From NCBI GenBank assembly GCA_052390515.1, contig JBQTGV010000136.1, positions 1 to 33,837 of the forward strand: a DNA stretch of 33,837 bases, written 5' to 3'. This stretch comes from Candidatus Eiseniibacteriota bacterium (GTDB taxonomy: Bacteria; ARS69). Position numbers and translations under genes: made by a program. Below, one piece after another: positions 18,736 to 27,510 of the stretch (its first letter is position 1; every line of letters starts with the position of its first letter). The notes under the pieces are model-generated. The model was not told the origin of the DNA. It was given only the letters and a program-made list of their open reading frames with translations, and did not search any database.

Positions 18736-19935
18736 ATGAGCGGCTCGAAAGGAACCATCGCCATCCTCACCGGCGGCGGCGACGTCCCCGGACTCAACCC
18801 TGCCATCCGCGCCATCACCAACCGCGCGCTCCGCGAGGGCTTCTCCGTGCTGGGGATCCGCCGTGGGTGGGCGGGCCTCGTCGACGTCGTGCCGGACAAG
18901 GCCGCCGACAACACGGCGAACGTGCTCCCGCTGACCGAGAACATCGTGAACCGGGCGGCGCGGACCGGCGGCACGATGATCCACACCTCGCGGACGCGGC
19001 CGAGCCACCTCCCGCGGATCCGCGTGCCCGAGCACATGCGCAGCCGTTACCCCGCCGAGATCAACGACGTCACTCCCGACGTGCTCCGCAACCTCGAGTT
19101 CCTGGGCGTGGACACGCTGATCCCCATCGGCGGCGACGACACGTTGAGCTATGGCCGGCGGCTGCACGAGGAGGGCGTGAAGATCGTCGCCATCCCCAAG
19201 ACGATGGACAACGACGTGCCCGGCACCGACTACTGCATCGGGTTCAGCACGTGCGTGACGCAAACGATCGAGATCGCGAGGCGGCTGCGTACGACGGCCG
19301 GATCGCACGAGCGCTTCCTGGTGCTGGAGGTGTTCGGGCGCTACGCTGGCTTCACCGCGCTGCTGCCGACGATGGCCGGAGCGGCCGACCGCTGCGTCAT
19401 CCCGGAGAGCCCGTTCGACATCGAGCGGCTGACTGAGCTGCTCGTCTACGACCGGAACCGCAATCCCAGCCGCTACTCCGTGGTGCTCGTCTCCGAGGGC
19501 GCGACCTTCTCGGCGAAGGACGACCGCACTTACGAGGATCACGAGACCGACCAGTACGGACACAAGAAGCTCGGCGGCTTCGGCGACGTCGTGGCCGACC
19601 GGCTGAAGGAGCTTTCGCCGAAGTACAACCAGGGTCAGCGCGTCAACGTGGTGAACCAGCGGCTCGGCTACCTGGTGCGTTCCGGGGATCCGGACGCGCT
19701 GGACTCCATCGTGCCCATGGCCTTCGGCAACATCGCCATGGATCTCGTGCTCCGTGGGGAGACGGGGCGGCTGGTGACCGTGCGCGGCGGGCGTTACGGA
19801 AGCGCCCCCATCGCCGTCGTGGCCGGGGCGAAGAAGATTCTCGACGTGGGGCGCTACTACAACACCGAGCGGCTGCGGCCGGCCTACTCCTCGTTCGAGG
19901 GCCAGCCGCTGACCATTCTCAGTGACGGGGAGTGA
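18736..19935 (+). CDS. pfkA: PfkA-family 6-phosphofructokinase with PPi-dependent signature
   Basis: GGAGG SD. Motifs TGGGDVPGLN, GGT..HTSR, IGGDDT, PKTMDND, EVFGRYAG, VSEG and LGYLVRSG. Confidence 0.93.
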   Translation: MSGSKGTIAILTGGGDVPGLNPAIRAITNRALREGFSVLGIRRGWAGLVDVVPDKAADNTANVLPLTENIVNRAARTGGTMIHTSRTRPSHLPRIRVPEHMRSRYPAEINDVTPDVLRNLEFLGVDTLIPIGGDDTLSYGRRLHEEGVKIVAIPKTMDNDVPGTDYCIGFSTCVTQTIEIARRLRTTAGSHERFLVLEVFGRYAGFTALLPTMAGAADRCVIPESPFDIERLTELLVYDRNRNPSRYSVVLVSEGATFSAKDDRTYEDHETDQYGHKKLGGFGDVVADRLKELSPKYNQGQRVNVVNQRLGYLVRSGDPDALDSIVPMAFGNIAMDLVLRGETGRLVTVRGGRYGSAPIAVVAGAKKILDVGRYYNTERLRPAYSSFEGQPLTILSDGE

Positions 19936-20000
19936 GGGGACGCGCTGCCGGCGTGGTCCTCGAGTCTCTCACCGCGAGCCGTCTCTTCCCGACCATCCGG

Positions 20001-20009
20001 TGGTACATT
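20001..20009 (+). promoter_or_regulatory. Candidate extended -10 element (TGgTACATT) for the alcohol dehydrogenase gene
   Basis: TGn-TAnnnT match about 70 nt upstream of ATG 20081. No -35 recognised. Confidence 0.3.
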
Positions 20010-20080
20010 GGCGTGGACCAGAACCGAACCGATGCGGCGGGCGCTCGGCCGGCGAATGTATCACCTGGAAGGAGCACCCC

Positions 20081-21187
20081 ATGAGCAAAGCGACAGCGTC
20101 GACGGCGGAGCAGGCAGGCACGTCCGCCGGGACGTTCACGGCACGAGCGTACGCGGCAACGAGCGCCACCTCTCCGCTCGCGGCGGCCGCGATCCGGCGG
20201 CGCGCGCCGGAGCCGCAGGACGTGCAGATCGAGATCCTCTACTGCGGCGTCTGCCACTCGGACCTGCACCAGGTCCGTGACGAGTGGCACGCCACGATGC
20301 CCACGCAGTATCCCTGTGTCCCGGGACACGAGATCGTGGGACGCGTCGTGAAAGCCGGCAGCGCGGTGAAGCGTTTCAAGGAGGGCGATCTCGCGGCGGT
20401 CGGCTGCATGGTGGACTCCTGCAGGACCTGCGCGTCCTGCCGCGAGGGCTTGGAGCAATTCTGCGACGGCCCCGCGACGTTCACCTACAACGCTCCGGAC
20501 AAGCATGTCGGTGGCGTCACGTTCGGGGGGTATTCGGACAGCATCGTCGTGGACGAAGCATTCGTGCTGCGCGTGTCGGACGGGAAGAACCTGCCCGGGG
20601 TGGCGCCGCTCCTGTGTGCCGGGATCACGACGTACTCGCCGATGCGGCACTGGAACGTGAGCAAGGGTCAGAAGGTGGGAGTGGTCGGGCTGGGCGGCCT
20701 CGGGCACATGGGCGTGAAGTTCGCTCGGGCCTTCGGTGCGCACGTGGTGCTGTTCACGACGTCGCCGAGCAAGACCGCGGATGGCCTGCGCCTCGGCGCG
20801 CACGAGGTCGTGGTATCGAGGAACGAAGCGGAGATGCAGAAGCACGCAGTGAGCTTCGACTTCATCCTGGACACGGTGTCGGCCGAGCACGATTTGAACG
20901 CGTACCTGAACCTGCTGAAGCGCGACGGGACCATGACCCTGGTCGGCGCGCCCGAGAGGCCGAGTGCGCTGACCTCGTTCGGGTTGATCTTCAAACGGAG
21001 GCAGCTGGCTGGCTCCCTGATCGGCGGCATCCGGGAGACGCAGGAGATGCTCGACTTCTGCGCCGAGCACGGCATCACCGCCGACATCGAGCTCATCCGC
21101 ATCCAGCAGATCAACGAGGCCTACGAGCGGCTCCTGAAGAGCGACGTGAAGTATCGCTTCGTGATCGAAATGGCTTCGATGAAATAG
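20081..21187 (+). CDS. Zn-dependent NAD(P) alcohol dehydrogenase (cinnamyl-ADH/YahK-like)
   Basis: AAGGAG SD. Motifs CGVCHSD, GHEIVG, structural-Zn C..C..C.......C, APLLCAGITTYSP, GLGGLG and DVKYRFVI. Confidence 0.95.
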   Translation: MSKATASTAEQAGTSAGTFTARAYAATSATSPLAAAAIRRRAPEPQDVQIEILYCGVCHSDLHQVRDEWHATMPTQYPCVPGHEIVGRVVKAGSAVKRFKEGDLAAVGCMVDSCRTCASCREGLEQFCDGPATFTYNAPDKHVGGVTFGGYSDSIVVDEAFVLRVSDGKNLPGVAPLLCAGITTYSPMRHWNVSKGQKVGVVGLGGLGHMGVKFARAFGAHVVLFTTSPSKTADGLRLGAHEVVVSRNEAEMQKHAVSFDFILDTVSAEHDLNAYLNLLKRDGTMTLVGAPERPSALTSFGLIFKRRQLAGSLIGGIRETQEMLDFCAEHGITADIELIRIQQINEAYERLLKSDVKYRFVIEMASMK

Positions 21188-21208
21188 CGTTCGAGAGTCT
21201 CCGGACGC

Positions 21209-21727
21209 TCACTTGCCTCGGAGCTCGAGCAGGAGCTCCGAGGCTGGCCGTGCATAGGCCGGCGTCCGAGAGAGGTCGTCGAGCAGCGGCCGGGCGGCGC
21301 CGATGTCCCCTCGCGCAAGATGCGCCTGCGCCAGGCACCACTTCGCCCGGACCGAGACGGTGGCGTCCGTGGACGCCGCCGCCGCCGCGAGCGGCTCGGT
21401 CGCCGCGTGCGGCTGCGCATCGAGCAGCAGGCTCGAGCCGAGGAAGAGACGCGCCTCGTCCCGCCTCGGCCACCCCTCGCCGGCCAGGGCGATCAATCCC
21501 GCAAAACCGGCCGCAGCCTCGCGCCAGCGCCCCGCCTCGTAGTGCGCGACCGCGTCGCCGAGGGCCGGCAGGTCGCCGGGCGAGACAGCCGGCGCCCGCA
21601 GCGGCTCGGCCCGCGCCAGCCGCCCCACGTCCGGCGGTGCCTCCGGCCGGACCAGCAGGGCCAGGCCGATTGCAGCCACCAGGGCCGCCGGAAAGGCCGC
21701 GCGCTCGAGGACCTGCCGCCGCGTCAT
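21209..21727 (-). CDS. Membrane-anchored TPR-like protein
   Basis: N-terminal hydrophobic helix followed by TPR-like helices (AVAHYEAGRWREAAAGF, ARLFLGSSLL, AKWCLAQAHLARGD). Confidence 0.7.
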   Translation of the reverse strand: MTRRQVLERAAFPAALVAAIGLALLVRPEAPPDVGRLARAEPLRAPAVSPGDLPALGDAVAHYEAGRWREAAAGFAGLIALAGEGWPRRDEARLFLGSSLLLDAQPHAATEPLAAAAASTDATVSVRAKWCLAQAHLARGDIGAARPLLDDLSRTPAYARPASELLLELRGK

Positions 21728-21733
21728 CGGCGC

Positions 21734-21739
21734 AGTCTA
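21734..21739 (-). promoter_or_regulatory. -10 element TAGACT 6 nt upstream of the TPR gene ATG (leaderless candidate)
   Basis: TAGACT-gcgccg-ATG with no SD. Confidence 0.45.
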
Positions 21740-21885
21740 CCCCGTGAATCGCCGCCACGCCGGCCGGCGCCGGCCGAATCTCCTGTAGCGATAATTCACA
21801 CCCGCCGATAGGTTCGGAGCGGGGCGAAGTCGCGGAAGCGCCGGCAGCACCGTCGCTTGCGCCGACCGCCGCTGTTCGCCGATTC

Positions 21886-21901
21886 GGGAACGGCGGTTGC
21901 G
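21886..21901 (+). promoter_or_regulatory. Candidate sigma54 promoter GGGAACGGCGGTTGCG for the Omp85-TCS operon
   Basis: GG(21887-88)-N10-GC(21899-900) with TTGC, 33 nt before ATG 21934. The operon encodes a sigma54 activator. Confidence 0.45.
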
Positions 21902-21933
21902 TATGGCAGGAGCGACCACAACCCGGAGAACCC

Positions 21934-23322
21934 ATGAAGCGCGCGACGTCGATCGGTTCGGGGCGGATCCGCCGGATCGACTGGCTCCTCCTGCTGGTGC
22001 TGAATCTCGCTCTCACCCCGCATCCCGTGGCGGGTGCCGACCGTGCGCTCGTTCTCGAGTCCATCCGGATCGAGGGCGCCGCTCGCACCGGCCGTTCCAC
22101 CGTCCTCGACGACCTGCCGCTGCAAGAGGGCAGCGCCGTCACCCCCGACCAGATCCTCGACGCGGTGGACGAGCTTCGCCGCGCGGACATCTTCGCCGCC
22201 GTGGACTTCCGCACCGAGCGCGGCAGCGAGCGCGGGCGCTTCGTGCTGGTCCTCGTCGTCGAGGAGCGCGGGCTCGACTTCCGCTTCGGCACCGGCTACC
22301 ACGACCTGGACGGCTGGTACCTGATTCCCGCGCAGCTCCGCTTCGACAACCGACTCGGCCGCGGCGAACGCCTTCGACTGCAGGCCAACGTCGGCTACCG
22401 CATCGGCGGGCTCGAGCTCGTGATGGACGATCGCCGCTTCGCCGGCGGCGCGGGCTTCTGGGAGGCGAAACTGGCCGGCCACGCCATCGATCACCCCTAC
22501 TTCGTCGACGGCGTGGAGTACCGGCACCGCGTGGAGCAGGGCGAAGCCGGCGCGCTCGCCGGATGGCGGATGGGCCGCACGCGCGTGCAGTTCGGCGCGC
22601 GCTTCGAGCGGATCGACCCGGACTCCTCCGCCGAGGCGGCGCAGGACGACCCCTTCCGCGACATCGAGCGCGGGGAGGAGCTCGCCTTCGCCGATCTGCC
22701 CGGCGGCGTGGCGTCGCGCGTCGGCGAATCCGAGCGCACCGTCCTGCACGCGCAGTTCGAGGTGGACTCGCGGTCCAGGCGGCGCGTCTCGTTCACGCCG
22801 GCCGCCGGCGTCTGGGGCCGCGTGCGCGCGGAGACCTTCGCCGGCGCCGACGATCCGAGCTTCAGCGGCGTGACCGCCGACCTGCGCGCCTACCGGGCGG
22901 TGGCCGGCGGCGCGCTCGCGCTTCGCCTGCGGGGCGGCGCCGTGCAGACCGACGCCGCGTTCTACGACCGCTACCACCTCGGCGGGCTGTACACCGTGCG
23001 CGGCTTCCCCAGCCAGTCGCTCTCGCCGCCGGAAGGGGACACGCGCTTCTGGACCGCGGCCGTCGAGTTCCGCGCGCCGCTCGCGGGGCGGCCCGATCGG
23101 CCGCGGGTGCTCGGCTTCGTCTTCGCCGACGCCGGCGACGGCTGGCAGCAGAGCGGCGCGGGCAGCGCCGGGGGCGAGGACGCCGCGGCCTCCGCCGGCT
23201 TCGGCTTCCGCATCCGCGTTCCGTGGTTCGACTCGCTCGGCATCGACTTCGGCATGCCGATCACCGAGTCGCCAGTGGACGAGGCGTTCCACGGGAACGC
23301 GGCGCTCGGATGGAACTTCTGA
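21934..23322 (+). CDS. Omp85 (BamA/TamA) family outer-membrane protein with a single POTRA domain
   Basis: Signal peptide, one POTRA (IRIEGAART...L...G.......I.....L....IF..V...LVLVVEER), loop-6 LGGLYTVRGF, FADAG and terminal GWNF. Confidence 0.85.
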   Translation: MKRATSIGSGRIRRIDWLLLLVLNLALTPHPVAGADRALVLESIRIEGAARTGRSTVLDDLPLQEGSAVTPDQILDAVDELRRADIFAAVDFRTERGSERGRFVLVLVVEERGLDFRFGTGYHDLDGWYLIPAQLRFDNRLGRGERLRLQANVGYRIGGLELVMDDRRFAGGAGFWEAKLAGHAIDHPYFVDGVEYRHRVEQGEAGALAGWRMGRTRVQFGARFERIDPDSSAEAAQDDPFRDIERGEELAFADLPGGVASRVGESERTVLHAQFEVDSRSRRRVSFTPAAGVWGRVRAETFAGADDPSFSGVTADLRAYRAVAGGALALRLRGGAVQTDAAFYDRYHLGGLYTVRGFPSQSLSPPEGDTRFWTAAVEFRAPLAGRPDRPRVLGFVFADAGDGWQQSGAGSAGGEDAAASAGFGFRIRVPWFDSLGIDFGMPITESPVDEAFHGNAALGWNF

Positions 23323-24011
23323 TGCGTCGAGCCCTGCAGGCGGCGGCGCTCTCGTCGGTATCGCTGACGTTCGCCCTGCTCGATGCCGCGCGCGCCGCCG
23401 AGCCGGAGCTCGTCGCCATCGAGCCGGCGCGTTCGGCCACGCACGTGACCTGTACGGTACAGACCGCACACCTCCCCGGCGACCGGCTGTCCTCCTCGCT
23501 CGAGAGCGGGCTGCCCTCGGCGATCGAGATGGACCTGGACCTCTTCGACGGGCGGGACCGCGTCGTCGGAACGAACCGCGTGTTCCTACGCGTTGCGTTC
23601 GACCTGTGGGAAGAGGTGTTCCGCGTGGAGGGCGCGGGCGAGCCGCGCAGCTTCGCGGATCTCGCCGGGCTCGAGGGGTTTCTGGGCCGGATTCCGCGGC
23701 TGCCTGTCGCGGCGCTCGGGCCGCTGGACGGAGCGAAGCAGCACCGCATCCGCGTGGCGCTGCAGCTGCATCCGGTTGCGCCGAAGGAAGCGGAGCGGCT
23801 CGGGCAGTGGGTCGCCGGCGAGAGCGGCGAGAGCGGCGAGACCGCGGATCCCGACGGCCGCGAGGTGTCGGTCAGCCTCGGCGAGGTGATCCGCTTCTTC
23901 TATCGTGGGGCGCGACGCGCGGGGGCGGCGGAGTCGGAGCGGTTCTCCGCGTGGTTCGTGCCGGACGCGCTGGCGGCCCCTGAGGAGAGCGATGCAGCGA
24001 ATCCGCAGTAG
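23322..24011 (+). CDS. Exported DUF4390-like protein
   Basis: TGATG coupling, signal peptide, L.SGLP and V.FDLWEE.FRV pattern. Position directly before an NtrY-like kinase is typical for DUF4390. Confidence 0.6.
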   Translation: MRRALQAAALSSVSLTFALLDAARAAEPELVAIEPARSATHVTCTVQTAHLPGDRLSSSLESGLPSAIEMDLDLFDGRDRVVGTNRVFLRVAFDLWEEVFRVEGAGEPRSFADLAGLEGFLGRIPRLPVAALGPLDGAKQHRIRVALQLHPVAPKEAERLGQWVAGESGESGETADPDGREVSVSLGEVIRFFYRGARRAGAAESERFSAWFVPDALAAPEESDAANPQ

Positions 24012-25416
24012 GCTCGTCCTCGCGTTCGTCGTCGTCGCGCTGCTGCCGGCCGTGCCGCTCGCGTTCCTGGTGCGGGATCTGCTGGAGCGAAGCTTCGCGC
24101 CGCCGTTCACGGCCGACGCGGCCGCGGCGCTGGAAGCGGCGCTCGAGGATCAGCGGGAACGTCTTCGCGAGGCCCGCGAGCGCTTCGCCGCGGAGATCGC
24201 GTCGGGGGCGGCGCCCGCGTCCGGCGACCTCGCGTTCGACCCGTCGGCCTCGGGTCGAGTGCCTGCGGAACTGGCGGCGTGGGAAGGCACCCGCGCCGCT
24301 GCCGGCGTCTTCGGGCCGGAGCGCGTCGGCGAGTGGCTCGCGGCGTCGGTGCCGGCGCCGGACGGATCGCGGCGAATCCTCGCTCGGCCGCTGCCCGAGG
24401 GGCTCGCCGCGCGCGCCGAGCAGGTCGTCGACGCGGTCGCGTTGCTCCGCGCCTTCCGGGAGGACCGTGCCGCCGTGCTCCGCAGCTTCGTCGTGCCGTT
24501 CCTGTTGTCGTACGCGCTGTTGCTCGCCGTCGCCTTCGCCGTCGGCACGATGCTCGCGCGGCGGATCGCCCGGCCGGTCGAGGCGCTGGCCGCGGGCGCC
24601 GCGCGGGTCGGCGCCGGCGCGCTCGACACGCGGGTCGAGACGGACGCGTCGGGCGAGGTCGGCGAGCTGGTCGGCGCGTTCAACCGCATGGTCTGTGACC
24701 TCGCCGCCCAGCGCGAAGAGCTAGCGCGGCTGGAGCGCGTGGCGGCTTGGCGGGACCTCGCCCGGCACTTGGCGCACGAGATCAAGAACCCGCTGACACC
24801 GATCCAGCTCGCCGTGCAGCAGCTCGGCGAGAAGTGTCCGAAGGCAGGCACCGGCGGCGCGGCCGAGGCCGAGTACCGCGCGCTGGTCGGCGAGTGCGTC
24901 GAGATCGTCGACGAGGAGGTGGCGAGTCTTCGCCGGCTCGTGAAGGAGTTCTCCGAGTTCGCGCGGCTGCCGGAGCCGAAGCTCGAGCCCGGCGACGTCG
25001 CCCTCCTGCTCGACGAGGTGGTGCGTCTCTACGGGGCGGAGCGCGCGTCTAGAAGCGGGGACGCCACGGTGCCGGCGCGCTTCGACGCCGCCGAGCTCAA
25101 GCGCGCGCTGGTGAACCTGGCCGACAACGCGCTCGCCGCGTGCCGCGCAGCCGGCCGGCCGGAGCGCGTCGAGCTGTCCTGCACCCGCGACGGCGGCGCC
25201 GCGCGCATCCGCGTCACCGACCGAGGCTCGGGAATCGCCGCGCAGGACCTTCGCCGCATCTTCGAGCCGAACTTCTCCACGAAGAAGGAAGGGATGGGCC
25301 TGGGGCTCGCCATCGTCGAGGGAATCGTTCGCGGGCACGGGGGGACGATCCGCGTGGAGAGCGTTCCGGGCGAGGGCGCCACGTTCACGATCCGGCTGCC
25401 CGAGGAGGGGCGATGA
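23992..25416 (+). CDS. NtrY-like HAMP sensor histidine kinase
   Basis: GAGGAG SD, two TM helices, HAMP (EVGELVGAFNRM), H-box AWRDLARHLAHEIKNPLTPIQL, EFSEFAR, NLADNA, DRGSGI and G.GLGL. Confidence 0.93.
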   Translation: MQRIRSRLVLAFVVVALLPAVPLAFLVRDLLERSFAPPFTADAAAALEAALEDQRERLREARERFAAEIASGAAPASGDLAFDPSASGRVPAELAAWEGTRAAAGVFGPERVGEWLAASVPAPDGSRRILARPLPEGLAARAEQVVDAVALLRAFREDRAAVLRSFVVPFLLSYALLLAVAFAVGTMLARRIARPVEALAAGAARVGAGALDTRVETDASGEVGELVGAFNRMVCDLAAQREELARLERVAAWRDLARHLAHEIKNPLTPIQLAVQQLGEKCPKAGTGGAAEAEYRALVGECVEIVDEEVASLRRLVKEFSEFARLPEPKLEPGDVALLLDEVVRLYGAERASRSGDATVPARFDAAELKRALVNLADNALAACRAAGRPERVELSCTRDGGAARIRVTDRGSGIAAQDLRRIFEPNFSTKKEGMGLGLAIVEGIVRGHGGTIRVESVPGEGATFTIRLPEEGR

Positions 25417-25468
25417 AGAGCTGCGCGTCGGTCTCGGAGAAGGGGCGATGAGGAAGCGCGTCCTGGTC
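25402..25468 (+). repeat. Degenerate 35-bp-period tandem duplication of the kinase/regulator junction, creating mini-ORF 25413-25451
   Basis: GAGGAGGGGCGATGAAGAGCTGCGCGTCGGTC is followed by GAGAAGGGGCGATGAGGAAGCGCGTCCTGGTC. Confidence 0.7.
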
Positions 25469-26869
25469 GTCGACGACGAGAAGAACATTCGGCGGACGCT
25501 GGCGATGGTGCTCGGCGCGGAGGGCTTCGACGTCATCGAGGCCGATTCGGCCGAAGCCGGCCTGCGCGCGCTGGAAGAGTCCGGCGCCGACGTCGTGCTG
25601 CTCGACCTGAACCTCCCGGGGATGGACGGTCTGGAGATGCTCCGCCAGGTGAAGCGGACCGATCCGGACCGCGCCGTGATCATGATCTCCGGACAGGGGA
25701 CCGTGCAGACGGCGGTGGAGGCGACGCGCGCCGGCGCCTTCGACTTCCTGGAGAAGCCCCTGGCGAGGGAACGCGTGCTCGTGGCGGTGCGCAACGCGGC
25801 GAGCGTGGGGAGCCTGGGGCGGGACGTTCGCGACCTGCGTGAGCGGGAGCGCGGCCGCCACGCCATGATCGGGGACTCGGAAGCTGTGCGGCGGCTTCGC
25901 GAGGAGATCGAGCGCGCGGCGCCGACGAACGCACGCGTGCTGATCCTCGGCGAGAGCGGCACGGGAAAGGAGCTGATCGCGCGAGCGCTGCACGAGGCGT
26001 CGGCACGCGCCGCCGGGCCTTTCGTGAAGGTGAACTGCGCGGCGATCCCCGAGGAGCTCATCGAGAGCGAGCTGTTCGGCGCGGTGAAGGGCGCGTACAC
26101 CGGGGCCGACTCGTCCCGCGACGGCAAGTTCGCGCAGGCCGACGGCGGGACGATCTTCCTCGACGAGATCGGCGACATGAGCGCACGCGCGCAGGCCAAG
26201 GTCCTCCGCGCGCTGCAGGAGGGCGAGATCGAGCGCGTCGGCGGGAGCGGCGTCGTGAAGGTGGACGTGCGCGTCATCGCCGCGACGAACAAGGATCTGG
26301 AGAACGAGGTCCGCGCCGGCCGCTTCCGCGAGGATCTGTGGTATCGCCTGAACGTGGTGCCGATCCGCGTCCCGCCGCTGCGGGAACGGTCCGGCGACGT
26401 CGCCAGGCTTGCGCGGCACTTCCTGGAGCGTTTCCGGGCGGAGAACAACCGCGGGCCGATGCGGCTCACGGACGAGGCGGTGGCGGCCCTGGAGCGTTCG
26501 CCGTGGCCCGGGAACGTCCGGGAGCTGCAGAACTTCGTGGAGCGGCTGGCCATCATGGCCCGGGGCGCGGAGATCGGGCCAGCGAACCTCGGGCTCACGT
26601 CGCCTGCGAAAGTTGCCGAAGGAACCGCGGATGACCGCGCGGCCGGACCCGCTGGGCCGAGGGGCCTTTCGCCGGGCGAGATCGAGGCCGCGGGTGGTCT
26701 CGTCGAGGCGCGGCGGCGGTTCGAGGCAGCCTGCATTCGCGAGTGCCTCGAAGCCGCGCAGGGAAACGTGTCGCACGCGGCCAGGCTGCTCGGGATCGAC
26801 CGCACGAACCTGCACAAGAAGCTGGCGAGCCTCGAGATCGAGGCGGCCAAGGAGGAGGAAGGCAGATGA
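25448..26869 (+). CDS. Sigma54-dependent response regulator (NtrC/NtrX family: REC-AAA+-Fis HTH)
   Basis: VVDDE, LLD, GESGTGKE, ESELFG..KGAYTGA, FLDEIG, RFREDL.YRLNV, WPGNVRELQN and NVSHAARLLGI.R.NL.KK. Confidence 0.95.
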   Translation: MRKRVLVVDDEKNIRRTLAMVLGAEGFDVIEADSAEAGLRALEESGADVVLLDLNLPGMDGLEMLRQVKRTDPDRAVIMISGQGTVQTAVEATRAGAFDFLEKPLARERVLVAVRNAASVGSLGRDVRDLRERERGRHAMIGDSEAVRRLREEIERAAPTNARVLILGESGTGKELIARALHEASARAAGPFVKVNCAAIPEELIESELFGAVKGAYTGADSSRDGKFAQADGGTIFLDEIGDMSARAQAKVLRALQEGEIERVGGSGVVKVDVRVIAATNKDLENEVRAGRFREDLWYRLNVVPIRVPPLRERSGDVARLARHFLERFRAENNRGPMRLTDEAVAALERSPWPGNVRELQNFVERLAIMARGAEIGPANLGLTSPAKVAEGTADDRAAGPAGPRGLSPGEIEAAGGLVEARRRFEAACIRECLEAAQGNVSHAARLLGIDRTNLHKKLASLEIEAAKEEEGR

Positions 26870-27510
26870 AGTCACTCGGCATCGGCGCCGCGGCGGCGAT
26901 CTTCGCCCTCGTGGCTGCTCAGGCAGACCCGGCCGCAGCGTCGGACACGCGCGGCTTCATGATGGGGCTCGATCTCGGCACCAGTCACATCGACGCGCAG
27001 GACGAGTCGTCCGGCGCACCCGCGGGCTCCGTGTTCATCGAGGACACCGGCGCCGGCGCGAGCCTGCTCTTCGGTTGGGGCTTCACGCCGTCCTTCGCGC
27101 TGCGGCTCAACGCGTCCGGCGGCCAGCACGACACCAGCGATCCCGACACCGAGTTCTGGCTGAACAGCGGGACGCTCGAGGCAATGTATCTCTTCCGGAA
27201 TCCGCAGCCCGTCCGGCCCTTCGTGCTCGGCGGCGTCGGTGGGTTCACCATGCGCTCCCGCCGCGACGATCTGGACTTCGAGACGACCGGTCCCGGCGTC
27301 GTTCTCGGCGCGGGCCTCGTGTACTTCGCCGGCGAGCGCTTCGCCTTCGACTTCGAGGTGCGCGGCGACTTCATCAACTGGGACGAAGCGACGGCAACGC
27401 TCACGCAGCCGGGCGGAAGCCAGATTCAGATCGACGTGCCGATCGAGGAAGAAGGCTCCGCGGCCAAGTTCCTGTTCGGCGTGAACTGGTGGTTCGGCCG
27501 GGGAGAGTAG
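26866..27510 (+). CDS. Small outer-membrane beta-barrel protein (OmpA-TM/OMP_b-brl-like)
   Basis: ATGA coupling with a strong SD, signal peptide, about 8 amphipathic strands, RPFVLGGVG and last strand KFLFGVNWWF. Confidence 0.8.
   Translation: MKSLGIGAAAAIFALVAAQADPAAASDTRGFMMGLDLGTSHIDAQDESSGAPAGSVFIEDTGAGASLLFGWGFTPSFALRLNASGGQHDTSDPDTEFWLNSGTLEAMYLFRNPQPVRPFVLGGVGGFTMRSRRDDLDFETTGPGVVLGAGLVYFAGERFAFDFEVRGDFINWDEATATLTQPGGSQIQIDVPIEEEGSAAKFLFGVNWWFGRGE

Noticed and set aside
21187-21208. Bidirectional terminator between the ADH and TPR genes
   Set aside because: Only a 7-bp stem with a wobble and no U tract on either strand.
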